Positions 10,356 through 20,668 of a DNA stretch of 64,000 nt are shown here, one piece after another. Location: positions 582,621 through 646,620 of the forward strand of contig JAWKTV010000001.1 of NCBI GenBank assembly GCA_041398905.1, read 5' to 3'. This DNA is from Planctomycetaceae bacterium. Its GTDB lineage: Bacteria; Planctomycetota; Planctomycetia; Planctomycetales; Planctomycetaceae. A program made the position numbers and the translations under genes. The notes beneath the pieces are model-generated. The model was not told the origin of the DNA. It saw nothing but the letters and a program-made list of their open reading frames with translations, and ran no database searches. Numbering within the stretch: the first letter of the stretch is position 1; the number at the start of each line of letters is the position of its first letter.

Positions 10356-11366
10356 ATGTCGGAACTGAGGAAAGACCCGATCACCGGTCGCTGGGTCATC
10401 ATCGCACCCGAGCGAAAGTCGCGTCCGCAGCCGTTGCAGGAATGCGAGACGCCTCCCCCGCCGGAAACTTTCGACCCGTTCCTGGAAGGTAACGAGCGGG
10501 CGACGCCCCCCGAGATTCTCGCTTATCGACATCCCGGATCGCAGCCCAACGGCCCGGGCTGGCGAGTTCGGGTTGTTCCCAACAAATTCCCCGCCCTGTC
10601 GATCGAAGGCGCCCTGTCCAAGCGCGGGGACGGAATGTACGACACGATGGGCGGCATCGGTGCGCACGAAGTCATCATCGAGTGTCCGCATTTCGAGTCG
10701 AATCTCGCCCGGCTCGATGTCGAGAACATTCGCGAAGTGCTCTGGGTCTACCGGGACCGGCTCGTCGATCTCAAGCGGGACTCGCGGCTGGTGCATGGAC
10801 TGGTCTTCAAGAACTACGGAGCGTCGGCCGGCGCGACAGTTCCGCATGCCCACTCGCAACTCATCGTCAACCCCGTCGTCCCGATCTCGATTCTGGAAGA
10901 GATGCAAGGCGCCGAGACGTATTACCGTTATCGCGGCCGCTGCATCTTCGAGGACATGATCCAGCAGGAACTGGCGGACGACAGCCGGGTCGTCATCGAA
11001 CATCACGACTTCCTCGTCATTTGCCCATACGCCAGCCGTTTCGCCTTCGAGACGTGGATTCTCCCCAGGCACCATGCCAGCCATTATGAAAACATCCAGA
11101 AGCAGGGGATCGAAAGTCTCGGCAGCGTGCTGAAGGAGACGCTGCAAAAGCTGGAGGTCGCGCTCGATGACCCACCCTACAACTACGTGATCCACTCCGC
11201 CCCCTTCGACATGCCGGAACTGCCGCAGTTCCGCTGGCACATCGAGATCATCCCCCGCCTCGGCCGCATCGCGGGATTTGAATGGGGCAGCGGCTTCTAC
11301 ATCAACACAGTGCCCCCCGAAGAGGCGGCGAAGTTCCTCCGAAACGTCACGGTCCCCAAGTCGTAA
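10356..11366 (+). CDS. galT: galactose-1-phosphate uridylyltransferase-type HIT enzyme
   Basis: [24 protein letters not shown] is followed by NKFPAL and the HIT-type active site VPHAHSQLI. Length of 336 aa fits GalT / nucleotidyl-sugar phosphorylase enzymes. Confidence 0.82.
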   Translation: MSELRKDPITGRWVIIAPERKSRPQPLQECETPPPPETFDPFLEGNERATPPEILAYRHPGSQPNGPGWRVRVVPNKFPALSIEGALSKRGDGMYDTMGGIGAHEVIIECPHFESNLARLDVENIREVLWVYRDRLVDLKRDSRLVHGLVFKNYGASAGATVPHAHSQLIVNPVVPISILEEMQGAETYYRYRGRCIFEDMIQQELADDSRVVIEHHDFLVICPYASRFAFETWILPRHHASHYENIQKQGIESLGSVLKETLQKLEVALDDPPYNYVIHSAPFDMPELPQFRWHIEIIPRLGRIAGFEWGSGFYINTVPPEEAAKFLRNVTVPKS

Positions 11367-11382
11367 CGGTCCCCAAGTCGTA
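11349..11382 (+). repeat. perfect 17-bp tandem duplication spanning the galT stop codon
   Basis: acggtccccaagtcgta occurs twice back to back (11349-11365 and 11366-11382). The TAA stop (11364-11366) is formed across the junction. A single copy would end at the same residue with TAG. Confidence 0.95.
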
Positions 11383-11546
11383 GCATTGATCGCCCGCGAT
11401 TCTTCGGCAGGCTGCCGACAGAAGCACCAACGACAATCGCTCGGACGTCCTCGCCAGGATGCTTTGGCCATCGCGCGATCCGCAGCCGGGGCTTGAACTC
11501 TCAGAACCTCGCTCCTTGCGAATTTCCGTGAGATGCGGCGATACGA

Positions 11547-13134
11547 TCACTGTGGAATCAGCGAGGCGGCTTCGCTCATGTACTTGGCACCCGCGTCGTA
11601 GTCCTCCGGCTTCGCCTCCGGACCGGCCGCGAGGATCTTCCGCAAATGCCCTTCGGCGTGTGTCACGCCTTCTTTCACGTCCACCAGCCACAGAATCCGC
11701 TGCGCCAGCGGTACCTTGATGCCCTGGCTGTTCACGATCGGCGAGAGTTCCGCCATCGCCTTGTCGAGCACTGGCTGCGCCTCCTTTTGCAGCGTGACCC
11801 AGTCTGTTTGTGGAGCCTCGCTCTCGCGCAGCTTCAGCGTCTTTTGCCAGACCTGCGTCAACGATTGGTAATGGTCAATCCCTGGCGTACCTCCCAGCAG
11901 GCCAGGCAGGAATTTCAGTCCCAGTACCAACAACCCCACGCGAGCACCGCCAATGCGGGTTTGCTCGCGCCTGCGGAAGCTCCCTGCATCCGCTCGAACA
12001 ATCCACCGATATTGATGGACGGCAGGCTGATGGATCGCTTCTTCGGCGCGCGGAGGGTGCGAAGCTCGCCATCGACGGCGCTGAGCGTGCGGGGGAACCC
12101 ACTGGTGCCGGCGATAGCATGGCTGGGGGCGGCGGACTGGCAGGCGACTCGGGCGGTTGGAAACCGGCCGCAGCGGGCGATGGCGACACTGACGGCTGAT
12201 GCGCCGCGAGATCGTCTCCACTTCGCTTCTGACTCTTCACGTCGGACGCCGGCGACGATGATGGACGTTTAAACCTCTTGGCCGCCCGCTCTTCCGCCTT
12301 CTCAAAGAAGTCGCCCCATTGATCCTTCGGCTGTGACTCGGCGGCCTTCTGTTGTTCGGCCGCGGGAACTGCTGCTGGCCGCGCGATGGCTGCTGACTCG
12401 ACTGGACTGTCGCGATGCTCGAGCTGCTGACCTCCCGCAGCCGACTGCGCCGCCAGTCCGACGATCGAACGTTGTTTCAACAGGTCGTCAAACAACCCAA
12501 CAGCGGTGCCCGCACGCACCCAGGCCCCCTTTTCGCCCTCGCGAATGCGATCGCGATCCGTCAACTTGCCGACGGCGACACGCGCCCGCAGCTTGTCCCA
12601 ACTGACCGGCCCGCGGGGCTTTCCCCGCTTCTCGTAGTACCACTGGCCAGCTTCACTCTCAGCGGTGATCGGCTCGCCAGCAGTCTCGCCAGCAGCAGAA
12701 GCAAACAGGCCAACAATCGACCCGGCCGGCTCCCAGGCTCCCTCCTTGCCAAGCCGCACTTCATCGCTGGCGGACAGGTTGCCGTCGGCCACCATCTCAC
12801 AAAGTTCGTTGAACTCCATCGGTCCCAGCTCTTCACCCAGCGTGCGGCAAAACCAGCCGCGACGCGAATCGTCACCCCCGGACGCAGTCCAGGAGTCGGC
12901 GGTGCTGTTGCCCGCGACCGAGGCCAACATGGAAGCCAGCTCATCGTCCAGTTCCGGCGCGTCCGCAACGGTCGATTGCGACACCACCTCGCCCGCTCGT
13001 ACCCAGTCGTTCGTTCCGCTGCGAACTTCGTCGCTGGTGCCAAGATCGCCCTGACGCACCATCTCTTCCAGCACCGTCCGCGAGACCGGCCCGAACTCCT
13101 CGCCCAATACTCGATAGAACCACTGCTCTGACAT
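11547..13134 (-). pseudogene. membrane protein with three N-terminal GYF_2 (DUF4339-type) repeats, frameshifted at least twice
   Basis: Three repeats are present: QWFYRVLGEEFGPVS...DWVRAGEV, GWFCRTLGEELGPMEF...AWEPAGSIVGLF, QWYYEKRGKPRGPVSW...AWVRAGTAVGLF. A low-complexity linker follows, then SINIGGLFERMQGAS..KPALAVLAWG (middle frame), then a TM segment and tail LLVLGLKFLPGLLGG...AKYMSEAASLIPQ (third frame). Breaks are at about 11940 and somewhere in 12030-12230. Confidence 0.75.
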
Positions 13135-13789
13135 GTCGCGAAACCTGTTGGCGCGTTGTTGCCTATCAAACACTGTTCAATCGATCGCCCGCCTCGATAC
13201 AACCGCCACCGCGACCCAACCCCGGCACTGAGCAAGGCCACGAAACGGTTCGAGTCCGAGCCGGACCCGCTAAGCACACGACCCCCGATGCGCGCCGTGT
13301 ATCGACCACCGTGGCCATCCCCGTTCGGACTCCCCCGAAATGCCCAAACTCAGTATGCCTGCGGCACGGGTGCCACTTCAACCTGTTTCCGCAACAACCT
13401 GCCAAGACTCCCAAGCATGGGATACACGATCGTCGCTCTGCGAATCTTGACAGCCTGTCGAGAAACTCGTGGGCTGGACTTCCAGCCGGGGACGGGGGAC
13501 TCAATCTCCTGAGATGTTCTGCCGCGAGATCATCGGCGGCATGCGGACGGTACCTTCCTCGGCAGGCTGTTGAGACGCTGCGGCTACGATTCGCGGCGGA
13601 AATGTTCGCTTGATCATGCGGGCACGGTTGCCTCACCAACGGTCATGCATCCGAACGTTGATGTGAATCTGGTGGATTGGTCATGCTGCGTGACTTGATC
13701 TTCACGGCCGTCCGCCAACGATAGCCGCTGAACCAAGTCGATCCCTCGATCACTCCGCCCGGCCCGTCACCCTGTTGTTCGCTCCACTC

Positions 13790-14480
13790 ATGCAACTGCT
13801 CCTGACAAATGATGACGGCATCGACGCCCCCGGCCTGGCGACACTGGCAGAGGTGGCCGCGGCCCATAGCGACATTATATTGGTGGCCCCCGCCGCCGAG
13901 CAGTCGGGCGTTGGCCATCGCGTCACCGACAAACAGCCAATTCGCGTGCATAAACATCAGTTGAGCCGTTTCGCCGTCGAAGGGACGCCCGCCGACTGCG
14001 CTCGCCTGGGACTGTTGCACCTGGCTCCGGGAACGCACTGGCTGCTCTCGGGAATCAACGCGGGTGGCAATTTGGGCAGCGACATCTACATGTCGGGAAC
14101 TGTCGCCGCCGCCCGCGAGGCCGCGCTGCTCGGCTACCCGGCGATCGCGCTCTCGCAGTACCGCTTCTTCGTCGATCGCCCCTGCAACTGGTCGCGTGCT
14201 GCGCGTTGGGCGGCCAGGGTGGTGAACGAGCTGTTCGCCCTGCCGATCGCTGCTGGTGAGTTCTGGAACGTCAACTTCCCAGATCCCGAAGCGGATGATG
14301 CCGAGCCGGACCTGGTGGTTTGCCCGGTCGACAGCGGGCACCACGCTGTCGCGTTCGAAAATACCGCAGCGGGCTTCCTTTACAGCGCGCTATCGCGACC
14401 GCCGCCACGACGCCGGCGGCGACGTCGCCACCTGCTTCGGCGGAGCCATCGCCGTCTCGAAGCTGACGACCCGCTCCTGA
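13790..14480 (+). pseudogene. surE: 5'/3'-nucleotidase SurE, one frame break near 14385
   Basis: MQLLLTNDDGIDAPGL...GVGHRVT...GTPADCA...SGINAGGNLGSDIYMSGTVAAAREA is the SurE signature. The C-terminus (RYRDRRHDAGGDVATCFGGAIAVSKL) continues in another frame after ...AAGFLYSA. The joint lies in a GCGC run, consistent with a lost CG. Confidence 0.85.
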
Positions 14481-14849
14481 CGGTACCGCCAGTTCGCGTG
14501 CTCGGCAGTCGTCGACCCACAGGCTCCCTGTCTTGGCCGATCAAGGATGCCGGCGCCTTCGCCCCTCAATCCGCCTGCCGCAACCGCTGACGGGAGTGCA
14601 CGGCTCATGTCGCCGCAAAGCTCGTGATAGTAGCGATTTCGGGAGTCCCTCAAACCGCTGATGACGCTCCGGCTGCCGCGTCCGCGGCAGCGGCGGACTC
14701 GAAAAAACTTGAAGAGAAATCTCGAATTCGACTGGTCGTGGAGATTCCGCGGTCTAAAACATGGGTGAACGTTTTGAACGTTTCCGCTTGCCGGCCGTCG
14801 CTGGTGAGGTGGAGTCAAGGCAACACTTTTCTTTGTAGGGAGCGAGTCA

Positions 14850-15753
14850 ATGAAGGTCAGGAATCTTGCGAGTTGGGTGCTGGCTGCGGTGCTGGTGGTG
14901 GCCGGGCAGGTGCAGGCCGCCGAGAAGATGGACATCGTTGAAACGGCGGTCAGCGCCGGATCCTTCAAGACGCTGGCGGCGGCTCTGGAGGCGGCCGACC
15001 TCGTGAAGGCTCTGCAGGGAGAGGGCCCGTTCACCGTCTTCGCCCCGACGGACGAGGCGTTCGCCAAGCTGCCGAAAGGGACGGTCGAGAGTCTGCTGAA
15101 GCCCGAAAACCGCGCGGCCCTGGTCGGGCGTACTGACCTACCACGTGGTGCCTGGTCAGGTGATGGCGGCGGATGTGGTCAAGGTGAAGGGGGCGACGAC
15201 GCTGAACGGGCAACGCGTTGACGTGGCCGTGTCGGACAACGGTGTGAAGGTCGACGCCGCAAACGTGGTGAAGACCGATATCGCCTGCACGAACGGAGTG
15301 ATTCATGTCATCGACACGGTGATTCTGCCGGCCTCGAAGGACATTCCGACGACGGCTACCGAGGCGGGTCAGTTCAAGACGCTGCTGGCCGCCGCGAAGG
15401 CAGCCGGACTGGTCGGGGCCCTGTCGGGCGAAGGCCCGCTGACCGTGTTCGCTCCGACGGACGAAGCGTTCGCGAAGCTCCCGGAAGGGACGGTCGCGAA
15501 CCTGCTGAAGCCGGAAAACAAGGAGCAACTGGTGGCGATCCTGAAGTACCACGTGGTGAGTGGTCGGGTTTACTCCGAGGCTGCAATCGCCGCCAAGCAC
15601 GCTGAAACCTTGAACGGGGCCGAGATCATGATCTCGCAAACCGACAACGGCGCGACCGTGAACGGGGCGAATCTCGTCCTGACCGATCTCGACGCCTCGA
15701 ACGGAGTGATTCACGTCATCGATCAGGTGATCCTGCCGCCGTCGAAGAAGTAG
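14850..15753 (+). pseudogene. secreted protein with two fasciclin (FAS1) domains, one frame break near 15128
   Basis: [23 protein letters not shown] is a signal peptide. Both FAS1 copies share FKTL..A...A.L...L.GEGP(F/L)[23 protein letters not shown]...L..(L)(T/K)YHVV and NGVIHVIDTVILP / NGVIHVIDQVILP. The first copy shifts frame at ...ALVG|VLTYHVVPG (an extra base in gggc). Confidence 0.85.
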
Positions 15754-15852
15754 GCCGTCTCGTAGGCTCTAAGCGGACGCCGATTGCTGCGATGTGATGT
15801 TGCTGTCGCAAAGTAGCAACAAACGGAATCCGCCACAGAGGCCGTTCGGTTG

Positions 15853-15880
15853 GCCGATCGCACATCCCGATGCGATCGGC
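15853..15880. terminator. perfect 10-bp hairpin between convergent genes (weak terminator candidate)
   Basis: GCCGATCGCA-(8 nt)-TGCGATCGGC lies between the fasciclin stop (15753) and the PDZ-protein stop (15988). There is no U-tract on either strand. Confidence 0.3.
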
Positions 15881-15987
15881 TGACCGGAACGGCTCTTTCC
15901 TTTTAACCAGCCATGCGGACGTCGGTAGCGGGGCTGCCGGCAACTGCGCCATCCGCGACACTTCACGGGGCGATACCCGACCGTCGA

Positions 15988-17064
15988 TCATTGTTGGGGC
16001 TGTCGCAGCTTCTGAATCACGCGACTGCGGGCACCGCCGGACTGCTCCAACTGCTGCTGCCACGCCTGCATCTGTTGCTGAGTCGGATCCGCTCCATTCA
16101 GCTCGGTGTAGACGTTGCGAAGGTACTGCTGAGGATCGTTCTGATGGCGGTCATCGTATTCGGAGCTGCCCAGCAGGTAGGTCTGCACGTCGGCGAGTGA
16201 TCGACCCGACTGGAGATGGTTCTGCCATGTCGCGAGTTCCTGTGCGGTGGGGTCGCGGCGGAGGTAGCTGCGGTACCATTGCCGAATCTGGTCATAGGGA
16301 ATGGCCACGTTGCCGCCCCCTGGCAGCGGCGCGGTTGCTGCCTGCAACACCAGCGCGACCGGCTGCTGATTCGCGCCGGGCACAACGATGGCGGGATTCA
16401 CAGACCTCTGCAGCACCCTCCCGCGATCGACCAGTTCCGCCTCGATCGCGTAACGGTGTCCGGGAAAAACTTGATTGGCGGTGTAAGGCAGTTCGAATGC
16501 GATCGGATTCCCGCCCTTGGCCGGGACCGTCGTCTGGGCGACGATGGCGGACCCCCATTGATTGTGGCTGGCGTCCCGCATGGTGACTTGCAGCACCGTC
16601 TGTCGACTGAGGTTCACCAGACCGGTCAGCATCGCCGTCCCTCGGATCACTGAACCGCTCGCGGCCATCGAGATGTTCGTCGACTGCAGTCCACCGCGAG
16701 CCGTCAGCACCAGCATCGAGATGTCACCGTTCGGCCCCACATGCTGCGCGACTTCGTCGCCCAGGTCGACCAGCCGCCCATCGACGTAACCGACCTGATG
16801 ACCGGCGACGGCCAGGATTCGGTCACCGACCGAGAACCCGACGTTCGCGGCCACACTGCCGGGCAGTACCTGCGTCACGACAACGCCAGTTTGCGTGTTC
16901 TGCACAGCGACGCCAAGCTGCCAGCGGTTGGGCTGTTGCCAGCCCCCCTGTCCTGTCGGCGGGCGGATCCATTGCGCGTCGGCGTTCGATACGCAGATTC
17001 CGAGCAATGCAAGGTTCATCCCAACAGTCAACATGGCACAGCGGCCGAAGCAATCGCTCATCAT
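15988..17064 (-). CDS. secreted PDZ-domain protein with Q-rich DUF4214-like C-terminus
   Basis: Lies in ORF 15988..17130. The ATG at 17064 has GGGAG 8 nt upstream and gives a hydrophobic leader ...MLTVGMNLALLGICVSNADA. A PDZ-like segment is VVVTQVLPGSVAANVGFSVGDRILAVAGHQV. The C-terminus YLRRDPTAQELATWQNHLQSGRSLADVQTYLLGSSEY is DUF4214-like. Confidence 0.75.
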   Translation of the reverse strand: MMSDCFGRCAMLTVGMNLALLGICVSNADAQWIRPPTGQGGWQQPNRWQLGVAVQNTQTGVVVTQVLPGSVAANVGFSVGDRILAVAGHQVGYVDGRLVDLGDEVAQHVGPNGDISMLVLTARGGLQSTNISMAASGSVIRGTAMLTGLVNLSRQTVLQVTMRDASHNQWGSAIVAQTTVPAKGGNPIAFELPYTANQVFPGHRYAIEAELVDRGRVLQRSVNPAIVVPGANQQPVALVLQAATAPLPGGGNVAIPYDQIRQWYRSYLRRDPTAQELATWQNHLQSGRSLADVQTYLLGSSEYDDRHQNDPQQYLRNVYTELNGADPTQQQMQAWQQQLEQSGGARSRVIQKLRQPQQ

Positions 17065-17248
17065 CTGGATGACTCCCTGAGAAGACCATTGAGCGTCGCC
17101 AGGCTCGCAGATGCTGGAATGACGGCTCAAACAACTGTCTGGTTCGGTGTTGTTAGCGGCGGAGTTCGCGGTTTCGCCCCGCCCATTCGACTCGTGACTC
17201 GGCGGGCCGCTCGATCCTTCATGAACCTCCGACGACCATCGGCCCGGC

Positions 17249-18247
17249 TCACTTCAACTGATTCCATCCGAGTCGATCATACTGTTCCAGCAACTCCGCT
17301 CTGGAAAGTGGCTGGAAGCCATCCTTGACCACGTCCTCCTGTCCACTCCGGCTCAGCACATAACGCATGAACTCTTCGACGAGAGAAGACTTCATCCCTT
17401 GCTCGTTAAGCACCACAACGATTGAGAGCGGCCGGGTCAGCGGATACTGGCCGCTCGCGATCGAATCAGGCTCGAGATGCCTCGGCGTTTCGGTCGCCCG
17501 CCGCGACAATGCCAGCGCCCGCACGGTCTCCGATTGGGCATGCGCGCGGCTGACGACGCCGATCGCCGTCCGGTCCTGAGCCACCGCCTCGACGATACGC
17601 GAATGAGATCCATGCGTCTGGGCAGACGCGAAGGACGCATCTCCCAGCACCAGCGCCGCGAACTGTCCGCGCGAGCCAGAATTCTCGTCGGGGAGGTAAC
17701 GGTTGACCGGTGCCTCGGCCCACTCGCCTTCCAGTCCGATGTTCCCCCATGTCACGGCGGCTCCGTCCGTGGCGGCGAACAATGTCCGCAATTCCTCTAA
17801 TGTCAGGTGCGTGATCGGGTTCTCCGGATGCACGATCACCGCGACGGCGTCGATCGCCACCTGCACCGCCACGATTCGCTCTCCCGGATGCGCCTTGGCG
17901 AAGTTCGCTTGCTCGGCTTCATCGAGACTTCGGCTCAGCAACCCCACCGCCGGTCGTTCGCCGGCGAGCCGATCGAACGCGGTCTCTGAGCCGCGAACAT
18001 CGAGTTCGGACTCGAACTCGGGATGCAAGTGCTGAAAGCCATCGGTCCAGACGGTGGCCAGTTGCCCCATCGTCCGTGAGCCGCTCAGCGACAGGCTCCC
18101 GCCGACGAGGTCGCGAGGCAGGTAGGGGTCCGCGGGGGAAACCGCCCCAGGACTCGCCGCCGGCCCCTCCACCACCTGTGCGGCCAACATCGCCGGCAGC
18201 GAAACAGCCACGCCGCACAATACAACAGACATTCGGGTGAGTTGCAT
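17249..18247 (-). CDS. PstS-family (PBP_like_2) periplasmic substrate-binding protein, orphan
   Basis: AGGAGG lies 6 nt before the ATG at 18247 (the ORF track start at 18253 abuts the SD). The signal peptide is MQLTRMSVVLCGVAVSLPAMLAA. LSGSRTMGQLATVW..., VAIDAVAVIVHPENP and GQYPLTRPLSIVV are typical of phosphate-type SBPs. No pstCAB genes are adjacent. Confidence 0.78.
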   Translation of the reverse strand: MQLTRMSVVLCGVAVSLPAMLAAQVVEGPAASPGAVSPADPYLPRDLVGGSLSLSGSRTMGQLATVWTDGFQHLHPEFESELDVRGSETAFDRLAGERPAVGLLSRSLDEAEQANFAKAHPGERIVAVQVAIDAVAVIVHPENPITHLTLEELRTLFAATDGAAVTWGNIGLEGEWAEAPVNRYLPDENSGSRGQFAALVLGDASFASAQTHGSHSRIVEAVAQDRTAIGVVSRAHAQSETVRALALSRRATETPRHLEPDSIASGQYPLTRPLSIVVVLNEQGMKSSLVEEFMRYVLSRSGQEDVVKDGFQPLSRAELLEQYDRLGWNQLK

Positions 18248-18639
18248 TCGCATCCTCCTGAGGGGACTGAGGCCATCACACGCACTTGCAGTCTACAAAC
18301 TCCCTCTCCCGATCGCCGCGCCAGCCGGTCGCGGGACAGGAACACCCTTCTCGTTGCTATCGGCAGACTCGACGTGGATCGCGGGAACGCGCCCCGCGAA
18401 TGCTTCCCATCACGTCGCTAACGCTCACCACGGGGACTGCCTGCGGAGCGTCTTTGGTGACAAGCCGATGTGAAATTGTCTGGACACGGGAGTACTCACT
18501 CGCTGGCGCCGCGTGCTGGTATGGGAACCATCACGTGCGCGCCAAGATCCGCCAATGGTCCGTGCCGATCCTGAGGATGCTGGAGCGCGCGGACATCGCG
18601 ATGCCAATTGGCTTCGACATGCCCGGCGTGCGGCGACGG

Positions 18640-20336
18640 TCACTTCCCGCGGAGTCGTCGCGAGATTTCGTCGACCACTTCGTCAGTCGGCAGGCGAACC
18701 TGTTCCAGGGTGTCGCGGTCGCGCAGCGTCACCGTTCCGTCGGACATCGTGTCGGGGTCGACGGTGATGCACCACGGGGTGCCGATCTCGTCCTGACGAC
18801 GATACCGCTTGCCGATGGCCGCCTGTTCGTCGTAGGTCGTCGCGATGCCGGCGTCACGAAGGGCGCGATAGATCTCCTTCGCCTTCTCCGGCTGTCCGTC
18901 CTTCTTGACCAGCGGAAAGACGGCCACCTTGATCGGGGCGAGACGCGGGTGAAACCGCATCACCACGCGGGTCTGCATCTGACCCTTGTCGTCCGGAGCC
19001 TCATCCTCGTAGTACGCTTCACACAAGAAGGCCAGCGTCCCGCGGTCCGCCCCGGCCGATGGCTCGATCACGTGCGGCACATACCGCTCGCGCGTCTGGT
19101 CGTCGAAGTAGCTCAGGTCCTTCCCGCTGCCCCGCCACTTCGGCTGGTCGTTCTCGTCGGTCTCGACCACCAGCTTGCCGTTCTCGTTCTTCAGCTTCCC
19201 TTCCATGTGCGAACGCAGGTCGAAATCACCACGGTGGGCGACCCCTTCCAACTCGCCGTACTCCCCCTCGTCGAGGAACGGGAACGCGTACTCAATGTCG
19301 GCTGTGCCGCACGAATAATGCGCGAGTTCCGACGCCTCGTGTTCGCGAAGCTGCAGCTTGTCGCTGCGGATGCCGAGGTCGGTATACCACTGGAACCGGC
19401 GGTTCCGCCAATACTCGTACCACTTCGGCGACTCACTGGGCTGGCAGAAGAACTCGATCTCCATCTGCTCGAACTCGCGGGAACGGAAGGTGAAATTCCG
19501 CGGCGTGATCTCGTTGCGGAAGCTCTTGCCGATCTGGCAGATGCCGAACGGCACCTTCACACGGGTCGAGTCACAGACATTCTTGAAGTTGACGAAGATC
19601 CCGCGGTCTCGGGACGGAGGTATGCCGCGTCCGCCTCGGTGCCAAGGGCGCCAAGGATGGTCTTCATCATCAGGTTGAAGTCGCGCGGCTCGGTGAGTGT
19701 GCCAGGCCTGGTCGCATCCGGGCCGAGCACGTTGTCCAGGCTGTCAGCATCGGTGATCGGCCGCAGTCCGGGGTACGGTTCAGCGGGGGTGACGGTTGCT
19801 ACGCTTCCGGCTGGGAAGCCAAGTCCGCCATGCGGGCCAGTGCCGAATTCGATCTTGTCGAGGTATTTGCGCTTCAGGTCAAAGACTTTGAGCGCCTGAT
19901 CTTCAACAGCCGCCAGTCCCTCCTCCAGATCAAGCATCGTGGTCACAAAGACCCGTCGCCCCTCATAGCTCGCCCAGCGGCCCTTGATGTGATCGAAGCG
20001 GTAACGTCCTTTCGTTTCGCGGCAGTCGACCATCTTGTCCACGAACAGGTCATAGTGCCCGCTGCACTTCCAAACCTGCGGGTGCATGAGGATCGTCGTT
20101 TCAATACCGACCATCTGGTAGGTGGCAGGGGCACCCTCGGAGCGTCCAGCGAATCATGTCGCGAGACCATGTCCTCCCACCACGCATTGCGGACGTTCCG
20201 CTTCAGTTCGGTCCCCAGCGGTCCGTAGTCCCAAAAGCCCTGAATGCCGCCGTAGATTTCGGAACTCTGAAGATGAAGCCCGCCGCTTGCAGAGGGCGAC
20301 GATCTTGTCCATCAACGTGGTTGATTCCTGGGCCAT
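18640..20336 (-). pseudogene. glyQS: glycine--tRNA ligase (dimeric GlyQS type), reading frame broken at least 4 times
   Basis: MAQESTTLMDKIVALCKRR|GFIF|QSSEIYGGIQGFWDYGPLGTELKRNVRNAWWEDMV..|..EGAPATYQMVGIETTILMHPQVWKCSGHYDLF...AYLRPETA|GIFVNFKNV..KVPFGICQIGKSFRNEITPRNFTFRSREFEQMEIEFF...VIEPSAGADRG...IGKRYRRQDEIGTPWCITVD. The joints are at about 20280 (GGGG read as GGG), about 20270 (TTCC read as TTC), about 20140 (CCGG read as CCG) and about 19605. Confidence 0.92.
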
Positions 20337-20668
20337 GATGCTCTCGAAACAATCTCTGCGGGAAATCCGGTCGTTCTCGGTGACGGAGCGACGGAGTTTG
20401 CGGTCAAGGAAGGCGGGAAACTCGGAACGCGGGGAGTGTAGTGCATCAGCCACCCCGGCGACTACCGGTCGATCGATCTGCGCGGGATCACATGTTCCTC
20501 GCGGAGGGACGTGCGCGGGCTGGAAAAAATTCGTTCAAGACCGGACGTCCGATCCGCCGCCGCTCTCTGTTTCCTCCGACTCTTACCCCCTAGAATCCCG
20601 CAGTCCGGCCGCGGTTCCGCAGGAGTCGAACCGCCCGACATCGCATCGCCTTCAGCCCCGACAGACCT

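Noticed and set aside
13225-13262. GAGCAAGGCCA (identical to a conserved RNase P RNA block) and GGTTCGAGTCC (T-loop-like), suggesting an RNase P, tmRNA or tRNA gene.
   Set aside because: No GAGGAAAGTCCGGGC or ACAGAACCCGGCTTA counterparts occur at the right distances. The T-stem pairs only 3 bp, and there is no acceptor stem or CCA context. The upstream space needed for RNase P is occupied by the GYF gene. An Rfam scan is still recommended (see the finding on 13135-13789).
18640-20336. Possibility that the glyQS (or other) frame changes are programmed ribosomal frameshifts or recoding sites.
   Set aside because: There are four breaks in one gene and about 20 across nine unrelated genes. None has slippery heptamers or downstream structures, and all sit in short G/C runs. 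This does not fit programmed recoding.
20566-20596. TAGAAT hexamer (20591-20596) with a poor -35 (TGTTTC) as an ispG promoter.
   Set aside because: Only the -10 resembles a consensus. Planctomycetal promoter rules are not established well enough to call this from sequence alone.
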